A DNA stretch of 64,000 nucleotides from the human T2T-CHM13v2.0 reference genome, Homo sapiens: the NCBI RefSeq assembly GCF_009914755.1, contig NC_060942.1; one strand, given 5' to 3'. The notes below the pieces were generated by a model. That model searched no databases, had not been told where the DNA came from, and saw only the letters and a program-made list of their open reading frames with translations. The first letter of the stretch is position 1, and the number at the start of each line of letters is the position of its first letter. Below are positions 26,446 through 40,294 of this stretch, one piece after another. The position numbers and the translations under genes were made by a program.

Positions 26446-27846
26446 CTTTTTTCTTCTTCTTCTTTTTTTATTTTACTCTAAGTTCTGGAATACATGTGCA
26501 GAATGTGTAGGTTTTTTACATAGGTATACATGTGCCATGGTTGTTTGCTGCACCCATCAACCCATCATCTACATTAGGTACTCCTCCTAATGCTATCCGT
26601 CCCCTAGCCCCCCACTTGCTGACAGGCCACAGTGTGTGATGTTCCCCTCCCTGTGTCCAGGTGTTCTCATTGTTCAACTCCCACTTATGAGTGAGAATAT
26701 GCACTGTTTGGTTCTCTCTTTCTTTGTTAGTTTGCTGAGAATGATGGTTTTCAGCTTCATCCATGTCCCTGCAAAGGACATGAACTTTTTTATAGCTGCA
26801 TGGTATTCCATGGTGTATATGTGCCACATTTTCTTTATCCAGTCTGTTATTGATGGGCATTTGGGTTGGCTCCAAGTCTTTGCTATGGTGAACAGTATCA
26901 CAATAAACATACATGTGCGTGTGTCTTTATAGTAGAATGATTTATAATCCTTTGTGTATATACCCAGTAATGGGATTGCTGGGTCAGATGGTATTTCTGG
27001 TTCTAGATCCTTGAGGAATTGCCACACTGTCTTTCACAATGGTTGAACTTATTTACACTCCCAACAGTGTAAAAGTGTTCCTATTTCTCCACATCCTCTC
27101 CAGCATCTGTTGTTTCCTGACTTTTTAATGTTCGCCATTCTAACTGGCATGAGATGGTATCTCACTGTGGTTTTGATTTACATTTCTCTAATGACCAGTG
27201 ATGATGAGCTTTTTTTCATATGTTTGTTGGCTGCATAAATGTCTTCTTTAGAGAAGTGTCTGCTCATATCCTTCACCTACTTTTTGATGGGATTGTTTGT
27301 GTTTTTGTTGTTGTTGTTGTTGTTGTTTGTAAATTTGTTTAAGTTTCTTGGAGATTCTGGGTATTAGCCCTTTGTGAAACAGATGGATTGCAAAAATTTT
27401 CTCCCATTCTGTAGGTCGCCTATTCACTCTGATGATAGTTTCTTTTGCTGTGTAGAAGCTCTTTAGTTTAATTACATCCCATTTGTTAATTTCGGCTTTT
27501 GTTGCCATTGCTTTTGGTGTTTTAGTCATGAAGTCTTTGCCCATGCCTATGTCCTGAGTGGTATTGCCTAGGTTTTCTTCTAGGGTTTTTATGGTTTTAG
27601 GTCTTATGTTTAAGTCTTTAATCCACCTTGAGTTAATTTTTAAATAAGGTATAAGGAAGGGGTTCAGTTTCAGTTTTCTGCATATGGCTAGTTTTCTCAA
27701 CACCATTTATTAAATAGAGAATCCTTTCCCCATTGCTTCTGAAAGACCTCTTCAAGGAGAACTACTAAGAACTGCTCAAGGAAATAAGAGAGGACATATA
27801 TAAGTGGAAAAACATTCCGTGCTCATGGATATGAAGATTCAATATC
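26446..27846 (-). mobile_element. L1PA7-like 5'-truncated element with short twin-priming inversion
   Basis: Antisense 3' portion 26446-27738 (ORF track 26674, 27248); sense ORF2 piece 27740-27846; flanks share TCTTTATA (26438, 27845). Confidence 0.92.
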
Positions 27847-29144
27847 TTTATATGTTTTGAAAAAGTAACTGGGTACCATTATTTCACAAAAACAGTAAAG
27901 GAATGACTTGTCCATGTACCAGTGGAATTTTTGTTATGACTGTTATCAAAGTCTTTTTTAGATAAAAACATGAACTTGAACAATGGTGTACTAGAAGAAT
28001 TAACTTTTTGAAACTGACATAATAATAAAAAGCAAGTTTCCCCTTCCCACATCTCCCACCAGCATCAAAAGCTATTTATTATTTATTGTCTACATAGATA
28101 AAGGCTTTGAATGATATGTGATCTAAACCAAAATAAGTTTTAAAACAAGTGACCATTTCCCTTAAACTCATAACTTGTGTTTATAAAATCTTTGGCAAAT
28201 GTAAACTGCTCATTTATTAATACAGAGAAAAATTATTTAAGGCCTACCAATAAAGTTCTTTTAAAATAGTTTTTTCCATGCTTGAAGTGTTTCCTACAAA
28301 GACTTTAGCTCAATTGTTTCATTTCTGTGCCTTGTTGCGTTCCCTATTGTTCATTTTCTGGGAATTACCTCCTTTTTCCATTCACATAGACTAAATTCAC
28401 CTGTCTTTCAAAGTCATCTTTGCTTCACAGATCCTCTATGAACATTTTCATGAGTATTGAAATTGCTTCCTGATTTTGGTAGTAATTGTAGACTATACAA
28501 AGGCTTATTTGGAATTATCATTACAGAATTTTAAAAATGGAGATGTTAAGATTTTCTAGTCTCGTTTGTAATTCTACAATGAAAAAAATTGAGAGCCCTC
28601 CCAATCCCCTATTTTTCTATGCCTGCTTTGCATAGGCCAATTATTTTAATGTGATACCTCAGCTTTACTTTTAAAAATGATTCCCTATTTACTACATTGT
28701 TTTCTAAAATAGTTTTGTATGAATGTTTTTGCTGATCTCTCGTGTATAGAACATATATAAATCGTTCATATCTATGTGCATATATCGATATATATTATAT
28801 ATGCACTTATGTATATTAACCATTACAAGGATTTTCCCATCAAGTTAGGGTTAGGGTTCCCATGGGGTTATATAGCAGTGAAAAGCCCATGTCTCAAGGA
28901 ACTCCTTAGTCCCAGGCAAACTGAAATACATAGTCACCCTATATCAGGTTATTTTGTCTTCTTTGTAAACATAATTTTAATGTTGTTAGGGTATTGTACA
29001 ATGTTTTACATAAGATTCCTAATGCTAAACACTAAGATTGTTTTTAACTCTCCAACATTCCCTGGTTTCTACATTTCCCTGAATTTTACACCTCTAAATT
29101 GGATAACATGGAAGACTTAGGGCAAAAATCCATCTCCTAGATCA

Positions 29145-29892
29145 GAGCTAAATACAGTAGCCATAAAACACATGTAGCCATTGAGCGCTCAAATTATCAT
29201 TAATCTAAATTGATACGTGTTATAAAAATACAGCTCAGTTTTAAAGACTTGGTATTATATAAAGGTTATAAAATGTCTTAATATTTCTATACTGATACAT
29301 GTTAAAATGATAATAGTTTGGATATACTAGGTTAAATAAATTGTGTTATTAAAATTAATTAACTTTACCAGGCAAAGTTATAGGCATGAAGTACTGGTTA
29401 GTGGTTGCCAGAGGTTAGGAATGTGAAACAGGAGAGGTAGTGGGAAGTGGTTGTGGTTATAATAGTGTAGCAGGAAGGATGCTTCTGGTGAAGGAACTTT
29501 TGTGTATTGACTGCAGTGGTGGACTCATGAACCAGTATGTGATGAAACTGCATAAAACTAATTCACACATACACACACATACACTCACACATAAATGAGT
29601 AAAAGTAAAACAGGGGAAATAAGAATAAAATTGATGGATTTTATCAATATTAATATCCTGGTGGTGATATTGTACTCTATTTTTGTAAGATATTATCTGT
29701 GGGGGAAGCTGGTTATAGGGTACAGGGATCTTAATATATTATTTCTTAAAACTGCATATGAATTTGCTATTATCTCTAAGTCAAATATTTAACTAAAATT
29801 TGTACCTGTTTCTTTTTTCATTTTTGATGTTACTACTAGAAAACTTAAAATTTCATATGGGCCATGTGTTATATTTCTATGAGATAGTGCTA
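29145..29892 (-). mobile_element. MER33 (hAT-Charlie) split by an L1MD fragment
   Basis: GTAGCCAT...CACATGTAGCCATTGAGC...TTGGATATACTAGGTTAAATAAA...ATTAAAATTAATT (to ~29360), resuming ACCTGTTTCTTTTT...CTACTAGAAAA...ATATTTCTAT near 29800. Confidence 0.75.
29365..29795 (+). mobile_element. L1MD-like 3' end
   Basis: TTAGTGGTTGCCAGAGGTTAGG...AAATGAGTAAAAGTAAAACAGGGGAAAT...AATATCCTGGTGGTGATATTGTACT. Confidence 0.8.
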
Positions 29893-31559
29893 CTTTAGAA
29901 AAACTAGATTATTTTTACATCCAGTAATAGCCCATGTATTTTGTAGAAATAAGGCACTCATTTATATTCTTTACCACTCAACCCACTTTATGAAGAGACA
30001 TATAATAATCTCCTCCTTATCAATGGATTGCTATACAATGTGAAGGGGAATTTCATAAATATTATATTCAGAGGGTATATGACACTGTTTGTTTCTGGTG
30101 TTATGTCAATAAATCAAGAAATATTTTTTTTTTGCTTGCTTTTCTCCTAAAGCTTCTAGAAAAGAGATACCCTGAAATCATCCCGGTAGCTTTACACCTA
30201 AACTCCTACATAGTCCACCTGATACCCTTTCAATTTCAGAGGCTCACTCCTGCTGAAAAGTCTCATCCTGGCCCCAGCCAGGAGTCCAGGAGATTTTGCG
30301 GGTTTTCTGAGTCAATGTGCAATTCCGGAGACACTGCATTAAACTTTCAATGGGAAAAACAACAGAGTAATACTCTCAGAAGGCTCAAGCCCTGCTTGTA
30401 AGATGACTAGGGCTCCATGCTGATTTATCCAACTTGATGATATTCCTACCTAAGAGCTTCCTCTTCATTTTATTCTGAGGGTCCCATCACCATGAGAGGC
30501 TGGTTTCTTTGGTGTACAGTCCAATAGGCTTCCTCATTAAATACCCATATGTCTTACTATTATCTCACAATATAATTATTTTTTACTTTTTCTTCTAGTA
30601 GGGATTTAGATTCTCTGAATGTTTCTTACCATATATCCATTGAAACTGAACAAGCCTACTTCTGTAGGTAAACTAGTTTATCTCTCCTGTCAAAAGAAGT
30701 TCTGGGACCTCCTTCATATATTTTGATTTAAGTTGAGTAGCCCAGCTCTGTGACTATTTCTCAAGCATTACTCAGGTTTTTACATAGTCCTAAATGTTTA
30801 ACAATTACCTCTTCTCAGACTTCGCATATTCCCAGAAACATAGCTACCAATCAGCGAATTTACATTATTTTAACAATGACACGGTAACATTCTAAATGCA
30901 AACATCCTGATACATTATGTTATTTGATTAAGAGACAACATAAATTATTTATTGATGCATTTTCAAGAATATTTTAACCTCTTCTGTTTGTAACCATGGT
31001 ATGGCAAATCCAAATAATACAAAATAACATAAAACACATCAAAACAAACAGCAACAACAGCAGAAAAAAAAAAACCTTGGCAAGGGAAAGAAAAGGTAGG
31101 TTATATTTGCATCGTTTAACGAGAGTCAAGGCTTATTGAGATCCAATTAGTATCAACTCTATAATAAGATGGAAATGATGTAAAGTTTGTATTACTTCTG
31201 CCAATGTGTATACAAAATTTCAAGGTATACACAAATTGTCAAGGCTGTCTTAACTTGGCAGCCTTCTGTTTTTTAAATTCTACAGGTACCCAATAACTGA
31301 TTAATTCTAGATATTCAACCATCTGGTTGGTAATGACACCCTTGATTAAACAGAGAGATTGTTTTTCCCCACGAGCCATTAGAGGAACACACCTGACCAT
31401 CCTTGAGTAAAACAATACCCAATGGCATGTGTTGTGCTTGAAGGTAAGATGCCATGGAGGACCACAAAGATAGAGTACATTAACCGGCAGAAGGTGAGTC
31501 CCATGAAACCCTATGTAAGAGAAGGGCAAAGATGATATAGGGTGGGGTGAAGGAAATTC

Positions 31560-31775
31560 ACACTTGTTGAGTGTCAGCCAGTGAGCTAGAGATTTTAAAT
31601 GTTTTATTTCTCATTTAATTATCTCAATAGCATCCTAAGATAGACAATACTATATCCATTCACAGATAAGGAACTGAGCCTTATGTAAAACACAGAACCC
31701 AAGTAACATTTATGTAATTGAAATTTAATTTCTGCCGGACTCTAAAACTTGTGCTTTCTCTACTGTACCACAAGG
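31560..31775 (-). mobile_element. MIR
   Basis: TCTCATTTAAT...CCATTCACAGATAAGGAACTGAG is antisense MIR core. Confidence 0.65.
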
Positions 31776-33681
31776 TCCCCTGGGAAGATTGTTATGAAAT
31801 TCAGTCTTCAGGAAAGACAGAAGATCCCTCTGCACCCTGGCTGTGAAGGAAGTGGTAACAAGGTAATATACAGGTGACTGGAAGAAGTAATTGCATGACA
31901 CATGGGACTGTCTAGTTTAGCAGACAAGAAGTCCCATCAGCAGAAAGAAGCAGAGGCAATGACCTATATCAAATGTGGTAGTGTGTTCTGTCAACTACCG
32001 CCTTTCCCATCCTGCTAGTTTTACCCATGGATGCTTTTTCCATCTCAACTAGATGGGAAATGGGCAAAAAGATATCAACAGGCTCAGTTCTCTAGACAGT
32101 GAACCTATCACCATTCCATTGTGCTAGAGGGTAAAACCTTAGCATCTGTGAGTACGTAAGGTCACAAACTTTATATACTCCTCTGTCATGTGGCCCAGTT
32201 ATTTTGATTCAGCTATCATCCTCATTTATTGCTCTATTCAAAGGGTAGAGTTTTGACATTGTACTCATTTTTTATCCTCTAGTTGTATTTTATCATCCCC
32301 TGCTCTCTAACCTAAGCCATTGTTTCCACTCATAATAAAACGTGTAGCATCCCACTGATTTGAGTTTGAGCATAATTTACTGGTTGGACCTCACTCTGCA
32401 TTGGACATTCTCAGACATTAATTCTTAATCTAATCAAGCAGAATTTACAAAGTTTGCACAGTAGTTGACTACTTTAAAGATGCTGCTTTACAGTTAGTCT
32501 AATTTTTCTATCCATCCTCCTGCCTGATTAAACCTCTATCTTTTCCCTTCCCTGTTCATGTGGCTGAGGTCTTAATGCTCTATGTAGTCAAGCCTGAACA
32601 GATAAAGCAATGTCAAAATGGTTTGGCTTGAAGTATTGTGTTCAAGGGAGACATGAAAGAAGACTGCCAGCAGTTAGCTATAACCTCCCTTCAGTGTGCC
32701 CTGACAAGACACAGAAAATAGATTGCCATTGGCAAAGCCACAGGCAGTGTTGTTAAATTTTTGCCCTTAAGGTTTTAGGTGAATTGATCTTAAACACTTT
32801 CAAGTGGGAGCTCCTCAGTAGTCTAATAGTTTATTTTTTTTCTTCAAATATTTAGGTGAAGACCTCAGCCAAAAGACATTCCATCATCTTTCTCAATGTA
32901 ACGAGTCCTTATAGTACAGGTCTCAATGACAGCATTTTGGGGGCAAACACTGTCTCTTGGTGGCATGTAGCATTCCTTATGAGTCTCATGGATGCTCCCT
33001 GATTTAATTTTTATCCGTTCCGTTTCCACTTCCTTCTCCTATTTTGTTTCTCATGCTATTCTCTTCCAGTTACTCACCACTGCTTCTCCTGATTTCCTGT
33101 CTGTAATCTGTCTTCTTTACACTCCTTGGCAATTTTGTCTTAATCCTCTTGCTTAATCCAAGTAAAAGTGATGAGGTTGTAATTATCCCAGTTTATCCAC
33201 CCTATCACATCATCACACAGTTCCTCCTTTTGGGGTGGATGGGCTGAGGCAAAGTATGGCAAAGAATGACTGGAAGCAAAAGCTCCTCCATGACCTACAT
33301 TCTTTCCACCCCAGTCTGTGCTTTTCACTGTTGTCTTTGACTATGCTTTTCCCCACTTTGAAATAAAGATAGTTATATACACTTCTCAGTGCTGAATTTC
33401 TTTTTTTTTTTTTTTTTTTTTTTTGCTTACATTCAAGATAGTCTTTCTATCCTGAGCAAACAGATAGTCTTTTTTCCTTGGCTCTGTAAAATGAATTATT
33501 TGATCTGAGAGTCCATAATGAATTTTTCTTGGTCTTAATAAGATCATTAAACCAGGGGTTGAGATCATAACATACCATCCTAATGATATCCATTTAATCA
33601 AAACGTCCATTTGTTTTCACTATGGCAAGTTTAGAAAGCAATTCCAAAGTGCTTTCCATGGTATTAATTAGTCTTTCAGGT

Positions 33682-33820
33682 TTCTCCTCCTCCTCTTCCT
33701 TCTCTTCCTTCTCCTCTTCCTCTTCCACTTCTCCTTCTCCTCCTCTTCCTCCTCTTCCTCCTCCTCCTCCTCCTCCTCCTGCTCCTCCTTCTCCTTCTCC
33801 TTCTCTTTCTCCTTCTTTTT
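33682..33820. repeat. (CTC/CTT)n polypyrimidine repeat
   Basis: TCCTCCTCTTCC... units; source of the poly-Pro and poly-Glu pseudo-ORFs. Confidence 0.95.
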
Positions 33821-34214
33821 AATCTGGAGGTCAAGAATGTTCTGCAATGGACAACAAAAGAGTGATCTTATTAGGTCACTCACTTTATCTCCATTTCTGT
33901 CTCTCAAAATTATTCTTATTCTTTAATGTTCATCCTAAATTTAACTATTTGTTAAAGCTCGGACAAGGGTTGCCTGTAATTTTTCTACACTCCATTCATT
34001 TACTCATCAGGAATATGGTTAATAAAGAAAACCCCTCTAGCCAATGAAGCCTTAATGTCTCTTTCAGAAATAGACCTAGCTGGCATATATAGGTAGTTCT
34101 TTCAGCAGACAGAAGGAAGTCTGCCAGTTTGACTGAAAAATGAGCTCACATTACAGATAGGAGGTGAGTCCTGGTTATCTTTGTACAGTAAGACCTGGTA
34201 TATGCTAGAAACAT

Positions 34215-34378
34215 GGGTTACTCGAAGTTTTGTCACAAACCAGCAGCAAGAGCATTACCTGAAAACTTGTTATACATGTAAAATTGTCAGTCCCCACACC
34301 AGATCTACTGAATCAGAAACTCTGTAGATGGTTCTAGGTGATTCTGAAGATAGCCTATAGTTTGAGAATAAATGCTTT
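34215..34378. mobile_element. MER5A (hAT-Charlie)
   Basis: CCAGCAGCA..AGCATTACCTGAAAACTTGTTA...CCAGATCTACTGAATCAGAAACTCTG...AGGTGATTCTGA...AGTTTGAGAA. Confidence 0.8.
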
Positions 34379-34405
34379 AAAAGAGTGGACCTATTGGGGT
34401 GGGGT

Positions 34406-34414
34406 CAAGATGGC
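34406..34414 (+). promoter_or_regulatory. YY1-type motif of the L1 5' UTR promoter
   Basis: CAAGATGGC at the canonical position near the L1 5' end; activity unknown. Confidence 0.6.
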
Positions 34415-35683
34415 TGACTAGAAACAGCAGTGATCAAGGAACCATCATTAGGGTGTGAATTCTTCACCAGCAACCAGGCTATCAAGGTTCTTTCATTGGA
34501 ACTGACTAGGTGGCTTGTGTGATCCACGGAGAGGAAAAAAGAGCAGAGTGGTGCAGCGGCCACCTGAGAGCAACATGGGGAAGGGGGGTGGAGAGTGAGT
34601 GTGCTACCCAGCCAGGGAAATCATGCTTTTTCATGGAACTGTGCAACCCACAGATCGGAAGATCCCACTGGCAATCCCACACCACTGGGGCCTAGGGTTC
34701 CAACCTCGGAGCTGCGCACATTCTCATCAGCCTCTCAGCTAGAATCTGCTTAAGCCTGCAGAGCTCCCAAGGGAAGGGCGATCAGCAACATAGCTGAGAC
34801 TGCCTGCTGTCTAAGCCATTTGAGATCCTTGGGGGAGGGGCAGCAGCCAGCACTGGGACTCACAACTGCCTAAGATGCTAAGCTCCCTGGGCAGGAGAAG
34901 GGTGGCATCCATCTTTATAGCTCCAGGCCACACTTTTCCCCTGCTGGAGCTGGGGAGGCAGGATGGCTTGGTTCCAAAAGGTGTCCCTCACAACTCAACA
35001 CACCGGCTGTGGCAGACTGTGGCCAGAATGCCTCTTCAGGCCTGACCCAGACTCATCCTTCCTCACTGGGAGGGGCTTCCCCGCAGGAACTGCAACAACT
35101 CCAGCCAGAGGCTCAGGGACAGAACCCAGATTTCCCTGGGCCTGAGCCCCTAGTGGGAGAAGAGGCCACAGTATCTGTGGACCAGCAGCCCTAGACTTTC
35201 CTCCTGGTAATTCTGAGGAATCTAGGCAACTCAGACAAGTGGGTTTCCCCAAAGTGAACCACACCTCCTCCACCAAAGAACAGAATGCTTCATTAAATGG
35301 GTTCTATTCCCTGTGTTACTCAACTGGGTGAGACCCTCTGACAGCAGTTGTCAGATACCCTATACAGGAGCGATCCTACTGGCATCAGGTTTGTGCCACT
35401 CGAGGTCAGAGATCCCAGAAGAAGCAGAAGGCGCAGATATTTGCTTTTCTCCATCCTCCTTGAGTGACATCTCCAGGCGTGGAAGCTGACCAGATGAATA
35501 GGGCCTGAAGTTAACCCCTAGCAAACCTTGATAGCCCTACAGAAAAGGGACCTGACCATTGAAAGAAAAACAAACAAACAGAAAGCAACAACAACAGCAT
35601 TGACAACAACAACAAAAAGTCCCCACAACAGCCCCTTCCAAGGATCAGCAGCCTCAAAGATTGAAACTAGACAAACTCACAAA

Positions 35684-36750
35684 GATGAGAAAGAATCAAT
35701 GAAAAAAACACTGAAAACCCAAGAGGACAGAGTGCCTCTTCTCCAGATCATCACAACATCTATCCAGCAAGGGCTCAGAAGTGGATGGAGGATGAGTTGG
35801 ATGAATTGACAGAAGTAGGCTTCAGAAGATGGGTAATAAAAAACTATGCTGAGATAAAGGAGCATGTTCTAACCCAATGCAAAGAAGCTAAGAACCTTGA
35901 TAAAAGGTTAGAGGAGCTGCTAACTAGAATAACCAGTTTAGAGAGGAACATAAATGACCTGAAGAAGCTGAAAAACACAGCAGGAGAACTTTGTGAAACA
36001 TACACAAGTATCAATAGCTGAATTGACCAAGTGGAAGAAAGAATATGAGTTTGAAGACCACCTTGCTGAAATAAGACATGCAGACAAGATTAGAGAAAAA
36101 AGAATGAAAAGGAATGAACAAAGCCTCCAAGAAATATAGGACTTAGTAAAAATACCAAACCGATGATTGATTCAAGTACCTGAAGGAGATGGGGAGAATG
36201 GAAACAAGCTGAAAAACACACTTCAGGATATTATCCAGGAGAAGTTCCCTCACCTAGCAAGACAGGCCAACATGCAAATTCAGGAAATACAGAGAACACC
36301 ACTAAGATACTCCACAAGAAGTCAACCACAAGACACATAATCATCAGATTCTCTAAGATCGAAATGAAGGAAAAAGATGCTGGGGACAGCCAGAGAGAAA
36401 AGCCAGGTTACCTACAACGAGAAGCCCAACAGACTAACAGTGAACCTCTCAGCAGAAACTCTGCAAGCCAGAAGACATTGGGGGCCAATATGCAATGTTC
36501 TTAAAGAAAAGAATTTCAACCCAGAATTTCACATCCAGCCAAACTAAGCTTCATAAGCAAAGGAGAAATAAAATCCTTTCCAGAGAAGCAAATGCTGAGG
36601 GATTTCATTACTACCAGTCCTGCCTTGAAAGAGCTCCTGAAAGAAGTGCTAAATATGGAAAGGAAAAGCTGGTACCAGCCACAGCAAAAATGCACCAAAT
36701 TATAAAGACCAATGACACTATGAAGAAACTCCATCAATGAGCGTGCAAAA
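35684..36750 (+). pseudogene. Disrupted L1 ORF1p
   Basis: ORF 35785 (ELTEVGFRRWVIKN...LEELLTRITSLERNINDL) is ORF1p coiled-coil-like; multiple stops and frameshifts. Confidence 0.88.
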
Positions 36751-36769
36751 GAAAACAGATAGCATCATG

Positions 36770-39110
36770 ATGACAGGAACAAATTTACACCTAACAATGC
36801 TCACTTCGAATATAAATAGGCTAAATGCTCCTATTAAAAGACACAGACAGGCAAATTAGATAAAGAGTCAAGACCCATAGGTGTGCCATATTCAGGAGAC
36901 CCATCTCACATTCCAAGACACACATAGGCTCAAGATAGAAGGATTGAGGAAAATTTACCAAGCAAATGAGGAAAAAAAAAAAAAAAAAAGCAGGGGTTGC
37001 ACACCCAGTCTCTGACAAAACAGACTTTAAGCTTACAAAGATCAAAAAAGATGAAGAAAGGCATTACATAATGGTAAAGGGATAAATTAAACAAGAAGAG
37101 CTACATGATTATCTCAACAGATGCAGAAAAGGCCTTCAATAAAATTCATCATCCCTTCATGTTAAAAACTCTCAATAAATTAGGTATTGACAGAATATAT
37201 ATCAAAATAATAAGAGCTATTTATGACAAATCCATAGCAAATATCATATTGAATGGGCAAAAGCTGGAAGCATTCCCTTTAGAAACCAGTAAGGGACAAA
37301 GATACCCTCTCTCACTACACCTATTCAACATAGTTTTGGATGTTCTGGCCAGGGCAATGAGGCAAGAGAAAGAAATAAAGGGTATTCAAATAGGAAGAGA
37401 GAAAATCAAATTGTTTCTGTTTTCAGATGACATGATTTTATGTTTAGTAAACCCTGTCAACTCAGCCCAAAAACCCCTTAAGCTGATAAGCAACCTCAGC
37501 AAAATCTCGGGATACAAAATCAATATGCAAAAATCACAAGCATTCCTTTACACCAAAAATAGGCAAGCAGAGAGCCAAATCATGAGTGAACTCCCTATCA
37601 CAATTGCTATAAAGGAAATAAAATCCCAAGGAATACAGCTAAGAAGGGAAGTGAAGGACCTCTTCAAGGAGTACTACAAATCACTGCTCAAGGAAATAAA
37701 AGAGGACACAAACAAATGGAAAAACATTCCATCCTTATGGATAGGAAGAATCAATATCATGAAAATGGCTGTACTGCACAAAGTAACTTATAGATTCAGT
37801 GTTATTCCCATCAAACTATCATTGACATTCTTCACAGAATTAGAAAAGACTACTTTAAATTTCATATGGAATCAAAGAACCCATATAGCCAAGACAATCC
37901 TAAGCAAAAAGAACAAAGCTGAAGGTATCATGCTACCTGACTTCAAACTATACTATAAGGCTACAGTAAGCAAAACAGCATGGTACTGGTACCAAAACAG
38001 ACATATAGACCAATCGAACAGAACAGAGGCCTCTTAAATAACCCCACACTTCTACAACCATCTGATCTTTGACAAACCTGACAAAAATAAGCAATGGGGA
38101 AAGGATCCCTTATTTAATAAAATGTACTGGGAAAACTGTCTAGCCATACGCAGAAAACTGAAGCTGGACCCCTTCCTTACACCTTATACAAAAATTAACT
38201 CAAGATGGATTAACGACTTAAATGTAAAGTCCAAAATCATAAAAACTCTAGTAGAAAACCTAGGCAATACCATTCAGGACATAGGCATGGGCAAAGACTT
38301 CATGAGGAAAATGCCAAAAACAATTGCAACAAAAGCCAAAATTGACAAATGGGATCTAATCAGACTAAAGAGCTTCTGCAGAACAAAAGAAACTATTGTC
38401 AGATTGAACAGGCAACCTACAGAATTGGAGAAAATTTTTGCAATCGACCCATGTGACAAAGGTGTAATATCCAGAATTTACTAGGAACTTAAATTTACAA
38501 GAAAAGAAAAAATAACCCCCTCAAAAAGTAGACAAAGGATACAAACAGACACTTCCAAAAAGAAGACATTTAAATGGTCAACAAACATGAAAAAAAGCTC
38601 AGCATCACTAATCATTAGAGAAATGCAAATCAAAACCACAATTAGATACCATCTCATGCCAGTCAGAATGGTGATTATTAAAAAATCAAGGAACAATAGA
38701 TGCTGGTGAGGCTCTGGAGAATTAGGAATGTTTTTACACTGTTGGTGGGAATGAAAATTAGTTCAACCATTGTGGAAGACAGTATGGTGATTCCTCAATG
38801 ATCTAGAACCAGAAATACCATTTGACCCAGCAATACCACTACTGGGTATATACCCAAAGGAATATACATCATTCTACTATAAAGACACATGCACACATAT
38901 GTTTATTGCAGCAATAGCAAAGTCATGAATCAGCCCAAATGCCCATCAATGATAGAATGGATAAAGAAAATGTGGTACATATACAAAAAGGAATGAGATC
39001 ATGTTTTTGCAGGGAAATGGATGAAGCTGAAAGCCATCATCCTTAGCAAACTAACACAGGAACAGAAAACCAAACACTGCATGTTCTCACACCTAAGTGG
39101 GAGTTGAACA
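36770..39110 (+). pseudogene. Disrupted L1 ORF2p (EN N-terminus fused to RT)
   Basis: ATGACAGGA start; EN sequence to GAAGAGCTA joined directly to CATGATTATCTCA (MIIS-DAEKAF); ORFs 37105 (FSDD motif) and 38122. Confidence 0.9.
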
Positions 39111-39384
39111 ATGAGAACACATGGACACAGGGAGGGAAAGGACACACACGAGGGCCTGCTGGTGAGTGGGGGGTGAGGGGAGGGAATTTAGAGGATGGGT
39201 CAATAGGTATAGCAAACCGCCATGGCACATATATACCTACGTAAAAAAACCTGCACATGCTGCACATGTATCCCGGAACTGAAAGTAAAATTAAAACAAA
39301 CAAACAAACAAAAAAGAATGGCCCTATTAATCACCCCCCAGCTACTTAAAGTGTTAAGTATGCCTTACCATAAACATGTACCTG

Positions 39385-39956
39385 TATAGTGGTATTTTTA
39401 ACATAAACTCACAAGGCTTCCAACTATCATTGCTTTCTGGTATTCATGCCTTTGAGTAATTCACTCCCCTTGAGCATAGACTGGACCTAGAGACTTGCCT
39501 AGAATAAAGTATGGTCATAATTAGGGTACAAAAGACTGTGATTTCCATCTTGCTTTCAGCAGTCTCTTTCTGGAATTTCTTTCCTCCTTGTTCTGATGAA
39601 GCAAGCTGGAGAGTCACATGTGGTGAGGAACTGTGGGCAGCCTCTGAACAATTACCAGCAAGGAACAGAGGTAGGTCCTCAGTCCAAAAGTCTGGGAGGA
39701 ACTGAATTCTGCCTACGACCATGTGAGTGAGCTTTGAAGTGAATCCTTCCCAAGTCAGGCATTTGGAGGAGTCTGAAGCCCTGGCCCAAAGTTTGATTGC
39801 AGCCTTGTTATAGACCCTGAAACAGGGGACCCAGTTAATCTGTGTCAAGATTCCTGACTCACCAAAATGTTGAGATAATCAATATGTGTCGTAGATGTGC
39901 ACTGTTTTAAGCTGCTAATTGTAGGCCATTTGTTATACAATGGTAGATAATATACA
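39385..39956 (+). mobile_element. MLT1 (MLT1F-like) MaLR LTR
   Basis: CTCCCCTTGAGC...GGACCTAGAGACTTGC...GGAACTGAATTCTGCC..CCATGTGAGTGAGCTT...TGTTTTAAGCTGCTAA...TAGATAATATACA. Confidence 0.85.
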
Positions 39957-40294
39957 CAGACACACACACATCACACACACATATATAATTTAATTGGTTA
40001 GTATTATAATTCATCTCAATGCATATTTAATGAGCACATGTTGCATTAAGCATTTGCCTTTCTACTGGCTACCGTAAAGGTAGTAATAAATATTGTCTGC
40101 CCTTAAAGAAGAAACATTCCTTTTTAAGAAATAGAAATTTTTATGCATATTACATACTTATAATACCAGGTAATAAAAAATAAAACTTCAAGTTTAATAG
40201 AGGAATTTTAAATATATAGTGGTATAAGCAGTAAAAAGAAGTGACAGAACACTGTTTTCTGTCAGTAAACAATCATACATGAAGCAATATCTAT

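Larger units (their letters stand above)
34396..39311 (+). mobile_element. Full-length-type L1PA8/8A-like element with ~1.45-kb internal ORF2 deletion
   Basis: 5' GGGGTGGGGTCAAGATGGCTGACTAG; ~1.3-kb 5' UTR; decayed ORF1 and ORF2; 3' UTR and A-tail; 17-bp TSD AAAAGA(G/A)TGG(A/C)CCTATT at 34379 and 39312. Confidence 0.95.

Noticed and set aside
33622-33907. Poly-Pro and poly-Glu/Arg ORFs
   Set aside because: They are translations of the (CTC/CTT)n repeat.
37090-37120. Spliced L1 integrant as the cause of the ORF2 deletion
   Set aside because: The recalled deleted segment lacks GT...AG ends.
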